64,000 nt of DNA, from the NCBI GenBank assembly GCA_964016885.1, contig OZ024740.1:212846001-212910000 (forward strand). Direction: 5' to 3'. Numbering within the stretch: the stretch's first letter is position 1; the number at the start of each line of letters is the position of its first letter. The notes beneath the pieces are model-generated. The model made no database searches and was not told the origin of the DNA. It was given only the letters and a program-made list of their open reading frames with translations. This DNA comes from Eledone cirrhosa (lineage: Eukaryota). Below are positions 35,004 to 46,430 of this stretch, piece after piece. A program made the translations under genes and the position numbers.

Positions 35004-37311
35004 ATATATATATACATACATATACTTATACAAGTCTTCTTCCTCAACAGATTTCTTGCAGACATTGACTAACAGATGCCCATGATGAACATAAACTGCA
35101 TCAAGGACACTAGTTTCGCAGAGCCTGTGTCATTCATAAATATTGCTCTTTCCTGACAAAGACATGAAAGAGGAGACTTATATAGGCATTTCTTTTTCGC
35201 TTGGTCGTAAGATTGTGAGTCACAGCCCTTTATTCCGTACATGTAAAAAGTACTTATCGTACATTTTTCTATCGTCCAGCTCACAAATAAATATCAAAGC
35301 TGGAACTAGTGTGTAGCACTTTAGAAACGATTCTAACAACATCAGTTCGATCTTTCTCATGATGTATGAGGTACATCTTTTTAACAACAGTCAGTAGAAA
35401 CAGCAGTCCTTATGATCACTTTCAGAGGCATCCAAGACTGGTTGGGACAAAGAGTAGGTATCCTTAAACCGTAGACAAGGCCTGAATTCTTACAACAGTG
35501 TAGATTCCCCTAATGATAAGTGATATGGTTAAGTCTAGTCAATTGTCTGAACTTGAGTCACCATAAAATCATCTCAGTTTGCTCGCTACTCAGGCAGGAG
35601 GACAGTGTGAGCGTTTCTACACACTAATTCCACTACTACAAATAAAGTACTATGTTAGTAGGTAAAATGCAGAAAAATGTTAAAACTGGGGTTTCATTAT
35701 ATCTTCAGGTTTAGAAAGTATTCTTTAAGTTAGGTATTCCAAAAATAATGTCTGCTTGATTGTTGAATTGTTGAATATATTCTGTTCCAAACGGCTCTGA
35801 TAGTTATTGCAATTGTTTTAATAAGGTTGTTCTTCACAGCAAGTTTACAAACTATGTTTGCAACCATGTCAAATGATAGACATAACATTTTGTTGAACTG
35901 TAATCTCCTTTAGTCTGGGCGACTTGGGGAAATGTCTAGAAACAATAGGTAACGATTACCAATTTAACATTTGGTGTGGTTCCACACTTTTGAGATGTGC
36001 ATTGGCAAATGCTCAGTGCATCATCGATCACTTTCTTTCTGCAGCCAAAACTTTTACCTCGCCGTTAGCATGCAAAAGACGGTGTTGATTCACAATTCAA
36101 GCACTGATGTAATATCAGTTACTTAATCATTGGTTCTGATCGATAACACAGGCCACTGCAAAACACTTTTACTTTTCTTAAGTTTGTTATAAACTGTAAT
36201 TTCAATATATTGCTATGATTAGCTAAATTAAGGCTATTAAGATGAGTCTTTCATCGTTTGTGTTGCTATTGCAACTTGTCACGATATCAGCAATTTAGTA
36301 TGAAACATGCGAGATTTAACATGTTTCAGTAGCGCTTAGCATGAATATTTTAGATTAGGCATTATACTAGTTCTTTAGCATTTTATTTTAACGAGTTCTA
36401 CACTTTGCCATATTGATTGCATTATCCTCCAACACTCCCTGGTTCTTATTTCCATCACTGGCTCTATTCTCATCCGCTGCAATTCATTGTGTGTTATCCT
36501 CTTTCTCAGCAATATCCACTCATCAACCTTACCATTCTCAATTTTTTGCTCTTTCCATCCTTTTCTGCTGCTCCGTATTCAGAGTAATGAAAGTATTTCT
36601 CCCATATCTCGCTCCTATATATTCATAGTATTTCTCACACACACTGCTTACATCTTTCTCTTCAGTTTCAATGACACTTCTCCCCTCATTAACACACCAC
36701 TCAGTTCCCAGAACTTCTTCTGATTACTGTGCATGGGTTCCTCATTAACAAATCTTAAAATGTACAGCAAATTAACAGATTTACAAATCAAAATCCATTT
36801 AGTGCACCAAATTCTAATTGACAATTTCTACATACAAAGTTTAAAGCAAAAAATACAAACTTTTTCTCATTATCAAGCTGGTATTTGGAACATAACATAA
36901 CAAAGGTTTTTTTTCATAAAACTATGATGAAAGAGTTTTTTTAGATAAATTTAAACACTTTAAAACAGTTTTATATTGTAGAACCAGTTTCAGATAGTTT
37001 GGTATCAAACTATATTTCACTGGAAAGGTTACATTTAAAAAACACTGGTCAACAAAATTGAATGTATTATACTCATTATGAATGCAAACCAACTTTTTTA
37101 GACTAATTTTTCATGCTGATTTCTTAATTTCACTCATTTGTATTCAGCACGTATCAGTTTTTCAGTAGATACATGCAAATATTTACATATTTGTATATAT
37201 GAAATCATTAACGTAATAAATAAGGACATATTATTTTTAGAAAGTGAATGGGTTTATTGAGTTAAAAATCATCACTATCATTCTACAAAGAGTGAATACA
37301 CAAAAAATGGG

Positions 37312-38974
37312 TCAGACAAAACAGACAAAGTTAGAACAACAGAGTAGGAAAGATTGTGATTTGGATTTCCTGCGGTGTTCCTGATCTGGTTGATCACGGT
37401 AAAGTGTCCAGCAGTAGTCAGCCAGCATACTGTCATTCCAGAAGCCTTGGTACCGTTTCTCCAAAGCACTAATGTCCTGGTGAAATCTTTCACCATGTTT
37501 ATCAGACACTGCTCCAAGGTTATCTGCGAAGAAATCCAGATGGGTGACCAAGAAGTGAACTTTCAGTGACATGCGACAACCCATTGCTGAGTAACATTTC
37601 AGAAGATTCTTGATGCCATCTTTGTTGCCCTAGAAATTCTCACAGATCCAATTGAAAGCATGCCAGGTAGGCAGTTCCAGTTCATCCAGTGTTGTCTTGA
37701 AGTTGACATCTTTGAGTACTTCTCTAATTTGGGGTCCGACAAAGATACCCTTTTTCAATTTCGCCTGTGTGATTTTGGGAAACCCTTCTACAATATACTC
37801 AAACCCTCTGGCATTTCTCTTCCCTAGCGTCTTTACAAACCGTTTCATCAGTCCAAGCTTTATGTGCAAAGCAGGCAATAAGACATTACATGGATCTACA
37901 AGAGGTATATTCTTGACGCTAGACAGTTCTGGCTGGTATGATGTTCTTGTCTGCCAGTTTGATTCCGAATAATGTCTGTCAGTTGCCCGACTATCGAAGA
38001 AACAGTATTTTGTGAAACCTGACTGCATTCCCATTAACATTCCAATGACTTTTAAATCTCCACATATTTTCCATGAGTATCTTTCATAGGCAATGGCATG
38101 AAGTCAAAGTTCCATATTCTCATGATTCATGAAGATGAACGTTGTGTGTAATAGGAATGGAGGGCTTCAAATTACTATTATGGAGAAGTAGAGCTTTTAA
38201 ACTTCGTTTTGAAGAGTCAATAAACAAATGCCACTCTGCAGGATCATGATTTTGAGATAAACATTCGAAAAGTCCATCAATGTTACTGCAAAAGCAAAGC
38301 GGGCCTTCAACAGAAAAACACGTTTGTAGAACCACATTTCTCTGCCGAAAATAAGTTATACGAACACCGTGCTCTAACAAATACTTCTCATTCAGTCTTG
38401 ATGCCAACAGTTCTGCTTTATCTTTTGAGAAGGATAGGTCTCTGACAAGGTCATTCTGTTCAACTTGGGAAAATTTCTGAGGTTCAAAGCTATCGTCATC
38501 AGCCACGTAATCTTCCTCAGCAGCACTATCGTGACAGTCAGAATCATCATCTGATGTTTCAATACCATCATTTGGTGGAACTGGAATTGGCAGACTTCCA
38601 TTGAGAGGCACAGATCTCATTGCAGAATCCAAATTGGGATACACAATTTTGTGTTTATTCTTCATAGAAAATCCTGTGACATTTACTTTGCAAAAATAAC
38701 GGTCATTAAAATGGTCTTTCGGCTCCCTCCATATCATTGGAATGGCAAAAGGCATGGACTTCTTTTTATTGAACCTGTCACGTAAGCCATTTGAGCAAGC
38801 TGAGCAGATAAAATGTGGTGCCCATAACTTGTCCTGGTCTCCAAGAGGACAGTCAAAGTATAGCTTATAAATCTTCTTGATCTCTGGTGTTATTGTACGG
38901 TTTTGAGCTTTCACAATAAATTGTCCACAGATATAACAAAACACATCGGGACGATTTCTACACTGTCTTGACAT
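37312..38974 (-). pseudogene. Chapaev3-type DDE transposase, frameshifted
   Basis: MSRQCRNRPDVFCYICG, GDQDKLWAPH, WREPKDH, FIDSSKRSLKALLLHN, LHIKLGLMK, GIFVGPQIR, HFLVTHLDFF..NLGAVSDKHGERFHQDI. A TTTTACAG acceptor lies 8 nt upstream of the ATG. Confidence 0.85.
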
Positions 38975-39251
38975 TGTTATCACTGTAAAACAAGTAAGGA
39001 AATAGATACACACGGTTATACTTATATTGAATTTGAGATGATGAACTATTTCATCAGACCAATTATGACTGGATAATTTGAGATGTTGAAATACCTATTT
39101 CATCAGACAAAACTTGATTGGTTAATTTACTATGACGAAATATTGCATCTGAACTATGCAGCAATGAATAATGTAGTTTATTTTAAAGGTATGTTTCCAT
39201 GATGTAAATGAAATACATGCATACGTATCATTAATTGGAATTTATATATCA

Positions 39252-39601
39252 CTAGCTGACGTACCCAGCTTCGCCCGGGTAAACAGATGATAAGAGAAGA
39301 CAGGTAAAAGAGAAAATGACTGTATTGGATGTTTGTCTGGTTACAGTATGAAGCGAGTCCGTGGTGTCTGTGTGATACAAAAACAGTAAAAATAATCTTC
39401 CAGATATACCAGATTCTTCGTTGTACCGTTTGTGCATAGTACATGGACAATTCTAGGTGCTCCCACCTAGAATAATGACCTCTGGGAGATGGTTCTTCTT
39501 CTGCCTGACGTGTATCATTGCATAGACCTGGTTGTTCCACGTTTCTCAAAAGGATGATGGAAGTTCTAATCTTTTATATTATATGTAGATATAGACATAG
39601 A
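39252..39601 (-). mobile_element. Short non-autonomous Helitron (or the 3' end used by the larger Helitron)
   Basis: Minus-strand 3' end ACCCGGGCGAAGCTGGGT-ACGTCAG-CTAG|T (hairpin + CTAG); 5' end A|TCTATGTCTATATCTACATATAATATAAAAGA. Confidence 0.65.
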
Positions 39602-40203
39602 TAATTAATATAAAAGATGTCCGTCAATGTAAAAAAAAAGTCCATATTTACTTGAAATGGTTTATACATATGCCAAATTAATATGGATATGGATAACATG
39701 CTTATCTATAAGTGGTCAGCTCTAATAATAAAACAACAAATTACATGACACAAAAATGTATTCAGGAATTTCCAGGCTCTTAGCCACTGAGTAATAGACA
39801 GTCAATATTGCCCAGAGTTCAACTCGGGGAGGTGGCCTGGTTTGAACTCCAAATGGCGGATCCTTCTACTTCGAAAATAGAATCGTTTTTCAATATTACT
39901 CTAGCCCTGGCCGGCCATAGGAACCAAACGTTTTGCCAGATTCAGCATATGATGAGGTTTTATTACCACCGCTATCAGAAGCGATAAATTTGAAGGCAAT
40001 TTATACCAATACTTGTTGGTTTTTATTGCTCATTATCGACAATAAATGACATTGAACAGAAATGATAACTCTGTCAAAGCTCACAATACTGATCAAAGGA
40101 CACCAATGTCTGAAGCATTTACGTCGAATATTCATAGCAGTGAAGGCAATTTCTACCAATACTTGTTGGTATTTATTGCGCAACATAGCAGTGAAACCAA
40201 TTT

Positions 40204-43200
40204 TTACCAATACTGTAATACTCTGTTAGTGGTATCAATTGCAAATTTTATACCATCAGGATCGCACACTCGAGATGCAGCAACATACAGTTGCCCATGG
40301 CTGAATTCTGGATCATTCAAGTAGACACCGACTCGCTTGAAAGTCTGACCCTGTGCCTTGTTGACAGTCATGGAGAAGGCCAAATGAATGGTATCAGATC
40401 TTCACTTGGTCTCAGCATTATCCTCGGAATGAGAACCGATTCCTCTCTGCCTGGGAGTTTAGCTTCTAAAACTCTTCCGTTAATCAATCTCTCAACAATC
40501 AATCTGGTACCATTGCAAAGACCCATTTTATGATTGATATTTCAATATAATCGGCATACCCTTTTTCAACCTTAAAATATGTGGGGGAAATCCGGGTATT
40601 TGAAGTGAATTCAGATACTCAGTCGGAACATCCATATTGTTCTGCTGATTAGGCTCCATTGCATCCGCACTGAGGGTCAACCATTCCTCTCCAGGAAACA
40701 TTCTGGCTACTTGTGAATTTATTTCATCGACCGTTGCATTCGTATGAGTTAGAATAACGCGTTCCGATATCCAGGAGATATTCTGCCAAAAAGCATTCAA
40801 ATTAGGGAACACCAGTCAATCAATGCTTGGCAGTCCAGTGGCATGACCAAATGGTCTGGGATTCTTACAGTCTGATTATTACCAACGTGTGGCAATTTAT
40901 CGTTTCCCAACTGCATCAACCATATGTCTCAGCCTCTTTGTTTTGCCCGAACATACGAAGTCGTATATTATCGTGTAATCGCAAAACTCTGAAATGGCGC
41001 CACAACGGGGACTTTTTCAGACACGCATCGACAATTTGCGCTCTTTGAGCATTCCTAACAATTGGTAGCACCTGGCTGAAATCGCCACCAAGAACGATAG
41101 TCTTACCACTAAATGGCAGGTCACTACCGCAGATATCTCTCAAAGTTATGCCCAATGCCTCCAGCAAATATCTGTGTGCTTATTGGAGCCTCGTCCCAAA
41201 TAATCAGAGACGTATTGCGTATAAGGCACGGGAATTCACTTTGTCCTGTAATGTTACAGACACTCAACTCATCCGGAGCCAATGGAGCCTTGAAGCATGA
41301 GTGGAAGGTCCTTCCACCACTCAGCAAAGTGGCAGCGATCCCACTGGTGGCCACAGGGAGAGCAATCTTCCTCTGAGCTCTGACTTCCGATAACATACTG
41401 TGGAAACAGAATGTCTTTCGGGTGCCTCCTGGAGCATCTATGAAATTGCTCATTAGTGGAAATCGAGAGGAGAACGCCATCGCCCAATTCTCTCTGAGAT
41501 TGGGTCAACATTGGTATACGTTCATCCACAATACGTTGCTGTTCCAGTTGATCAAACTGGAATAGTTCCCTCCGATCGAGTGGCAACCGTCTAAGCTGCA
41601 ATCTCATGTCCAATGGTAAGACACGTTGCCGCATTTCTTCATCAGGAATTGGCAAATTGAAATCTGTTAAACATTTGAAATGAACTTCAAGCACTTGCTC
41701 AATATTGAGCAAAACAGTAGCTTTCATCAAATTTTCATCATCGACCTGAAGATGATGCCTAAAATCATCAGCCATAATTCCCCAATGGCGTTCAAATAAC
41801 TTTCTTGGATCGGCAGGATTGCAGAATCCTAGAATCGTGACAAACAACTGCCTTATTTGAGCTGGCATCTGTGTAGTTCGTGCAGCTTCCATGGCGTTAT
41901 TCCATTCAGCGTCATCCTAAAGGAGTCCCAGATGCTGACACACAGCCTGGTATGTTTCATATTCCACGCCATTGATTGTTTTCAAATCAGCGAAGCTCTG
42001 TTTACCTCTCGAAAAATCATTATGCAACAGAATTCGGAGATAAAACACATCACCAGATGCTGGATGGACATTACAAACCCGTCCAATAGTCATGAATCTC
42101 AACTTTTGTTTTCTATCATTCCATTTCTTTCCCTTCTTATCCCACGTATAGCGCGAAGGGAAATCGCAGTAGAGTTGCCTTTGATCCGCGTTCAAAGCAT
42201 GTTCCCTATTATGCTTGAACCACTCAGTCAATTCCGCCTTAGGAGGTGGTGCGTAAGCAATTCTTTCGACACATCTAGTGTCCTGAAAACAGAGCATTTA
42301 CCTATTCTCTAAGTGAACCGTCAGTTTCTGAACGCTGGGTTTGCGTTCATTGAGATCAAAATCGAACAATCTCCAGCAAGCTTCGCTAGATCCAATCGAG
42401 CGAACATCCTGGAACCTGCCAACTTCATCTCCTTGGTTAGCTTCCTCATTCATGACATTGATCATTGCCCGATCATGACCTTTGTAAACATATTTGAATA
42501 GATATTTGCAAGCTTTCACTGAGCTACAAATTTCCACATTAATATGACAACAATATTTCATAATCAAATATGGATTGTATGGCACAACCCATTGATTTGT
42601 AACCTGTCGACCGTTTACATTTTCGACCAAACCGCCATCTGCAGGCGACCGTCTTCTGTATAAGGGATGAGCATCCTCATCGTTCCAAGAAGTGTTCGTG
42701 ACAACAGATTTCGGAAAGTGCTTATTGCATTGGCCATTTTTCATGCAAGGCGCTTTCCGATTTGCCACTCCGCATTGGTTGTGCACCATTGATTTTACCA
42801 CCAAAAGTGCATCCTTAATATCAGTCCATTCAGGATTGCATGTAACCGTTATAAACAAATCTGGCTTTCCAAACTTTCTGACAATAGCCATTGCATCCTG
42901 ATAGCGGATGTTCATATATCTCGGGCCGCCGATGAACGACGATGGCAAAATGATGTGTCGACCAATTTGCTTGTAATTGGCATCATCGGCTGTTATCGCA
43001 TCCTGTATATTATTATACAATTCAGCTCTGATATGTTGCTGATGTGTAGCTATATAATTTAGCCTTTGATTTTCGATCTTTGAGAATGCCATACAACAGT
43101 ATTCCTGGAACAATCTGCTGGCTTGAAATAGTGCATTTCTCTGTTGATTCCTCTCGTTCAAATGGAACGCGTAAAAGTCGCGAATCGAATTATTGTGTCT

Positions 43201-44462
43201 ATTGCCGCCTCCCTGTTGATGCTGATTCTCATGATCATCTAAATGAACAGACATGTTCCATCCATTTTCACCTTTTGGGAATAAAAGAACATAATGCAAT
43301 GGATCGTATGCCTTATTTGACTTATTGATAGTCTTGAGACCACCATCTCTGTGATTAAGGACGATACCTCTCGATCCAGGCTTATCGTCCATCAACACAG
43401 CAACTTCATGAAATCCTTCAGGGGCATTATATCGCCGTTCGTGTTGATTCCATGGCACTGCGTCAGCCTTAATCACCAATGTTTGCTGCTGAACATTTTG
43501 CAGTTCAGCCACCAACATGAAATCCATAACATAAGGATTACACCGTCTAAGCCATGATTGCAAATCACGGATCAAATCACTTAACCTTTGCCGTTCAAGT
43601 TCAGTTATATTTCCCGGCAACTTCATTCAACCGATCCTGATATCCTCCTCCGATTCACTATAATCTGGATCGTTAACGTAAATTTGAGCGAATCGAGGCC
43701 TCTCTCCTGAGGTAACTTCTAAATTACCGATACAATGATACAAACGGCCTTGAATGACTACCTTCGGTGGCCATGCTCCACTCTCAAACATCTCACTAAC
43801 TCTCTGCGAGGCTAAAGCTAATGAATTGTTAATTTGCTGCGAATATTTGCGCAGTAATCTACCTCGGTCTCCTTGATCACCCCACATACTTAGTATTTTA
43901 AACTCCGGTGACTCTTCATCATCCGGCATTCGCAAGGGTTCTAGTTGAACTGCTCCTTTATGACAGTACATTGTGGTCCACGTCTTTTCGTGCCTCCACA
44001 GCAATGCTCCACAATGTGGAAACTCTGCTCGTCCACCAATCTGAAAATGACACGGTTGCCATGATCCATTTTTAATATCATTCGTTCGCCTTCTAGCCTC
44101 TTTAATGGAATGAGGAGCACTTTGGCGACACATTCTCTAAACTTCTGTATTGCGCTGGCGCTGTTCAGCCAGCTCCTCTTCATCCATCGCAGCACGCCGT
44201 TTCTGCTGAATTCTGGCCATCTGCTGATGATGCTCAGCCAGTTCGTCTTCAACCATCGCAGCACGCCATCACTGCTTGGCTCCAGTGTTTCGTTGGCGTT
44301 GATCAGCCAGCTCCTCTTCATTCATGGCGGCACGTCTTCGCCTCTGAAGTTCGGCGTTCCGATGGCGCTGCTCGGTCGTTTTTCTTCATTCCTGGTTGCA
44401 CGCCGTCGCCGCTGTAGTTGACTGTTTGATAAAGTCGAATTGCTTTTATTATCAGTATTCAT
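40204..44462 (-). pseudogene. Helitron Rep/PIF1-helicase (RepHel), decayed
   Basis: N-terminal charged repeats; CGALLW..E zinc finger; YDPLHYVLLFP.GE.GW; LPSSFIGGPRYM; KPDLFITVTCNPEW; VVPYNPYL; KYLFKYVYKG; DAPGGTRKTF; ATSGIAATLL; IIWDEAP; GGDFSQVLP; INKAQGQT; [11 protein letters not shown]. Many stops and frameshifts. Confidence 0.92.
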
Positions 44463-45049
44463 TTCGAGCAAATGTCAAAAAATGACACAATAATAAATAT
44501 AAAAGATGTCCGTCAATGTAAAAAAAAGGTCTCTATTTACTCCCTTCACAACTCTGTGTATGTTAGACTGACAGACAGATAAACTGCGTGACGATTGTGG
44601 AACGCCCCACGTACGCACACATACACGCATGGAAACGCGCACACGCATGCAAATTTACACACGCACCCGTGCACTTACACACACTTACACACACATCTTG
44701 ATAGTTTTTACTTTCTGAGGAACGCTGCACCACGCACACACACTTAAACATACACACATGGTAATAGTTACAGCGTTCACTTTGCCTCTCTGTTTCTTAC
44801 TCTCCCCTCTCACTCCCTCATTGGCATTATGCGTATTAATTTAAGTTTGGCGTAGTTGAGGTGGGCGGAGTCGTTCGAAACCTATGAACCAATGATAATC
44901 GAGAATTATGACACACGGAAAACTGTACGTGATGTCAAAAAACTAATTGTATATTTGAAATCAGCATTAAAAACTACACTAAGTACACCTTGACATATGC
45001 TTAATGAAAAATACTTGTTGACCAGTGAAATCAACAGTTAAAACACATT

Positions 45050-45355
45050 TATGTTAAGATATATTAACAATAACAAAATAACAATAAAAATACAATGAAA
45101 ATTCCCCAATAGGGGTGATGACCACCCAGGGTTCACTCAGGTACCCCGCCAATCCTAAACGACCCGACACTTCGAGAGCACCCGGGAAGGGCACCCCTCT
45201 CAAATTCACCCACCTACAGGCGCATGATCAGAGTAGGCCCACTCACACGGGTCATTCTCGCCACATTCACCCACCTTTCAGCAAATGTCCTGGAGGGCAG
45301 CACTTCTCTCTACACCCTCACCTTCCTTTCCAAGTGAAACTTGAAAAAGTTGATG
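45050..45355 (-). mobile_element. Tx1-type LINE 3' terminal fragment
   Basis: FHLERKVRV.REVLPSRTFAERWVNVARMTRVSGPTLIMRL* followed by a 3'UTR. Confidence 0.75.
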
Positions 45356-45449
45356 ATAATAATGAACAAGAAAAACGGTTTCATTTGAACATCTATATTT
45401 TTAATAGGATGTTCAAATGAAATCGGCTTTCTTGTCTATTATTATTATT

Positions 45450-46200
45450 ATATCATTGTTTTTAAAGGAGATTTGCCTACCCTCTTCAATGTATTCACAA
45501 GTTCCGCATCGAGGGTCCCCGCATTTCTTAACTTGTATTGTTTAATTGTCAGACGTAAATTCCACCTTGGTAAGCAGTATTTTTAGGTTCGCTGCTTGGC
45601 GTTTACTATATATTACCTATGAGTCTTTTATGAGTGCATTCATTTTAGGGGACTGTTGGAGAATCGGGAAATATTGTTTAGCGGCTTTCACAATGTTGAA
45701 GTTCCTTGGATTGTGAGTGACGACAAAAGTGTTAACTGTTTTTTTCCATTTTATTTTGTTGGTTTGTTTTTCTCAGTGTTGTCACTGGGATGTTCTGGGC
45801 TTTGGAGATGGTTGTGATGATGAGGTTCACCGGATATTCTTGTCTTTTAAGGAACTCTTTTAGTTCATATAACCTTTTCTTCCTGTAGTGTTGGGTGTGT
45901 CACTATGGTGCAAATGTACCTTGCCATATAAAAGGGAATGTTCCTTTTGGCATGTGAGGGACGTGCTGATCGGAAATTCATGTATTGGTGTGTCTCTGTT
46001 GGTTTGTAAAATAGGTCTGTTTTGATATTTTCCCCTTCTTTAATCATAAGGATATCCAGAAACGGTAGTTCCGTTTTATTACATTTCATGGTAAATTGTA
46101 TTGCTTCGTGAGGCTTGTTTATGATGGAATGGAATCTGTGCAGGTCTTCTTGGCTTCTATTCTATAAGATGAAGCAATCGTCTAGGTAACGTTTCATAAT
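45450..46200 (-). mobile_element. Penelope-like element RT fragment
   Basis: KRYLDDCFI, LPFLDIL, TDLFYKPTETHQYMNF.S..PSHAKRNIPF..AR.ICTIV. Confidence 0.75.
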
Positions 46201-46430
46201 GCGTTCAAAGAATGGAATGAACTGAATCTGGAAAAAGAAGCTTTCAAAAAAAGAAATCAAATGAAAAATATACCTTTTGAAATATACACATCCGGAGACA
46301 TTCAGTAATGACCTTTGGTCTTTCACACTCACTATATGTATACATACATGTTTTCAAAAATTATTTGGCGACTCATTCTCCCTGAGGATTTTAGACTGAA
46401 GAACTGACCACTAATTGATTTTACGTATGT

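Larger units (their letters stand above)
37043..45027 (-). mobile_element. Chapaev3 (CMC superfamily) DNA transposon with nested Helitron sequence
   Basis: 13-bp TIR CACTGGTCAACAA (37043-37055) / TTGTTGACCAGTG (45015-45027), AAA on both flanks (3-bp TSD), and a shared subterminal TTTTT(C/A)ATGCTGATTTC in inverted orientation. Confidence 0.85.

Noticed and set aside
35030-36730. Possible decayed coding sequence or host exons
   Set aside because: Multiple stops in all frames and no recognisable motif; 36410-36730 only weakly resembles an old LINE C-terminus.
39030-39120. Two CTGATGA motifs on the minus strand suggesting a hammerhead
   Set aside because: A ~45-bp tandem duplication; no compatible stems I-III.
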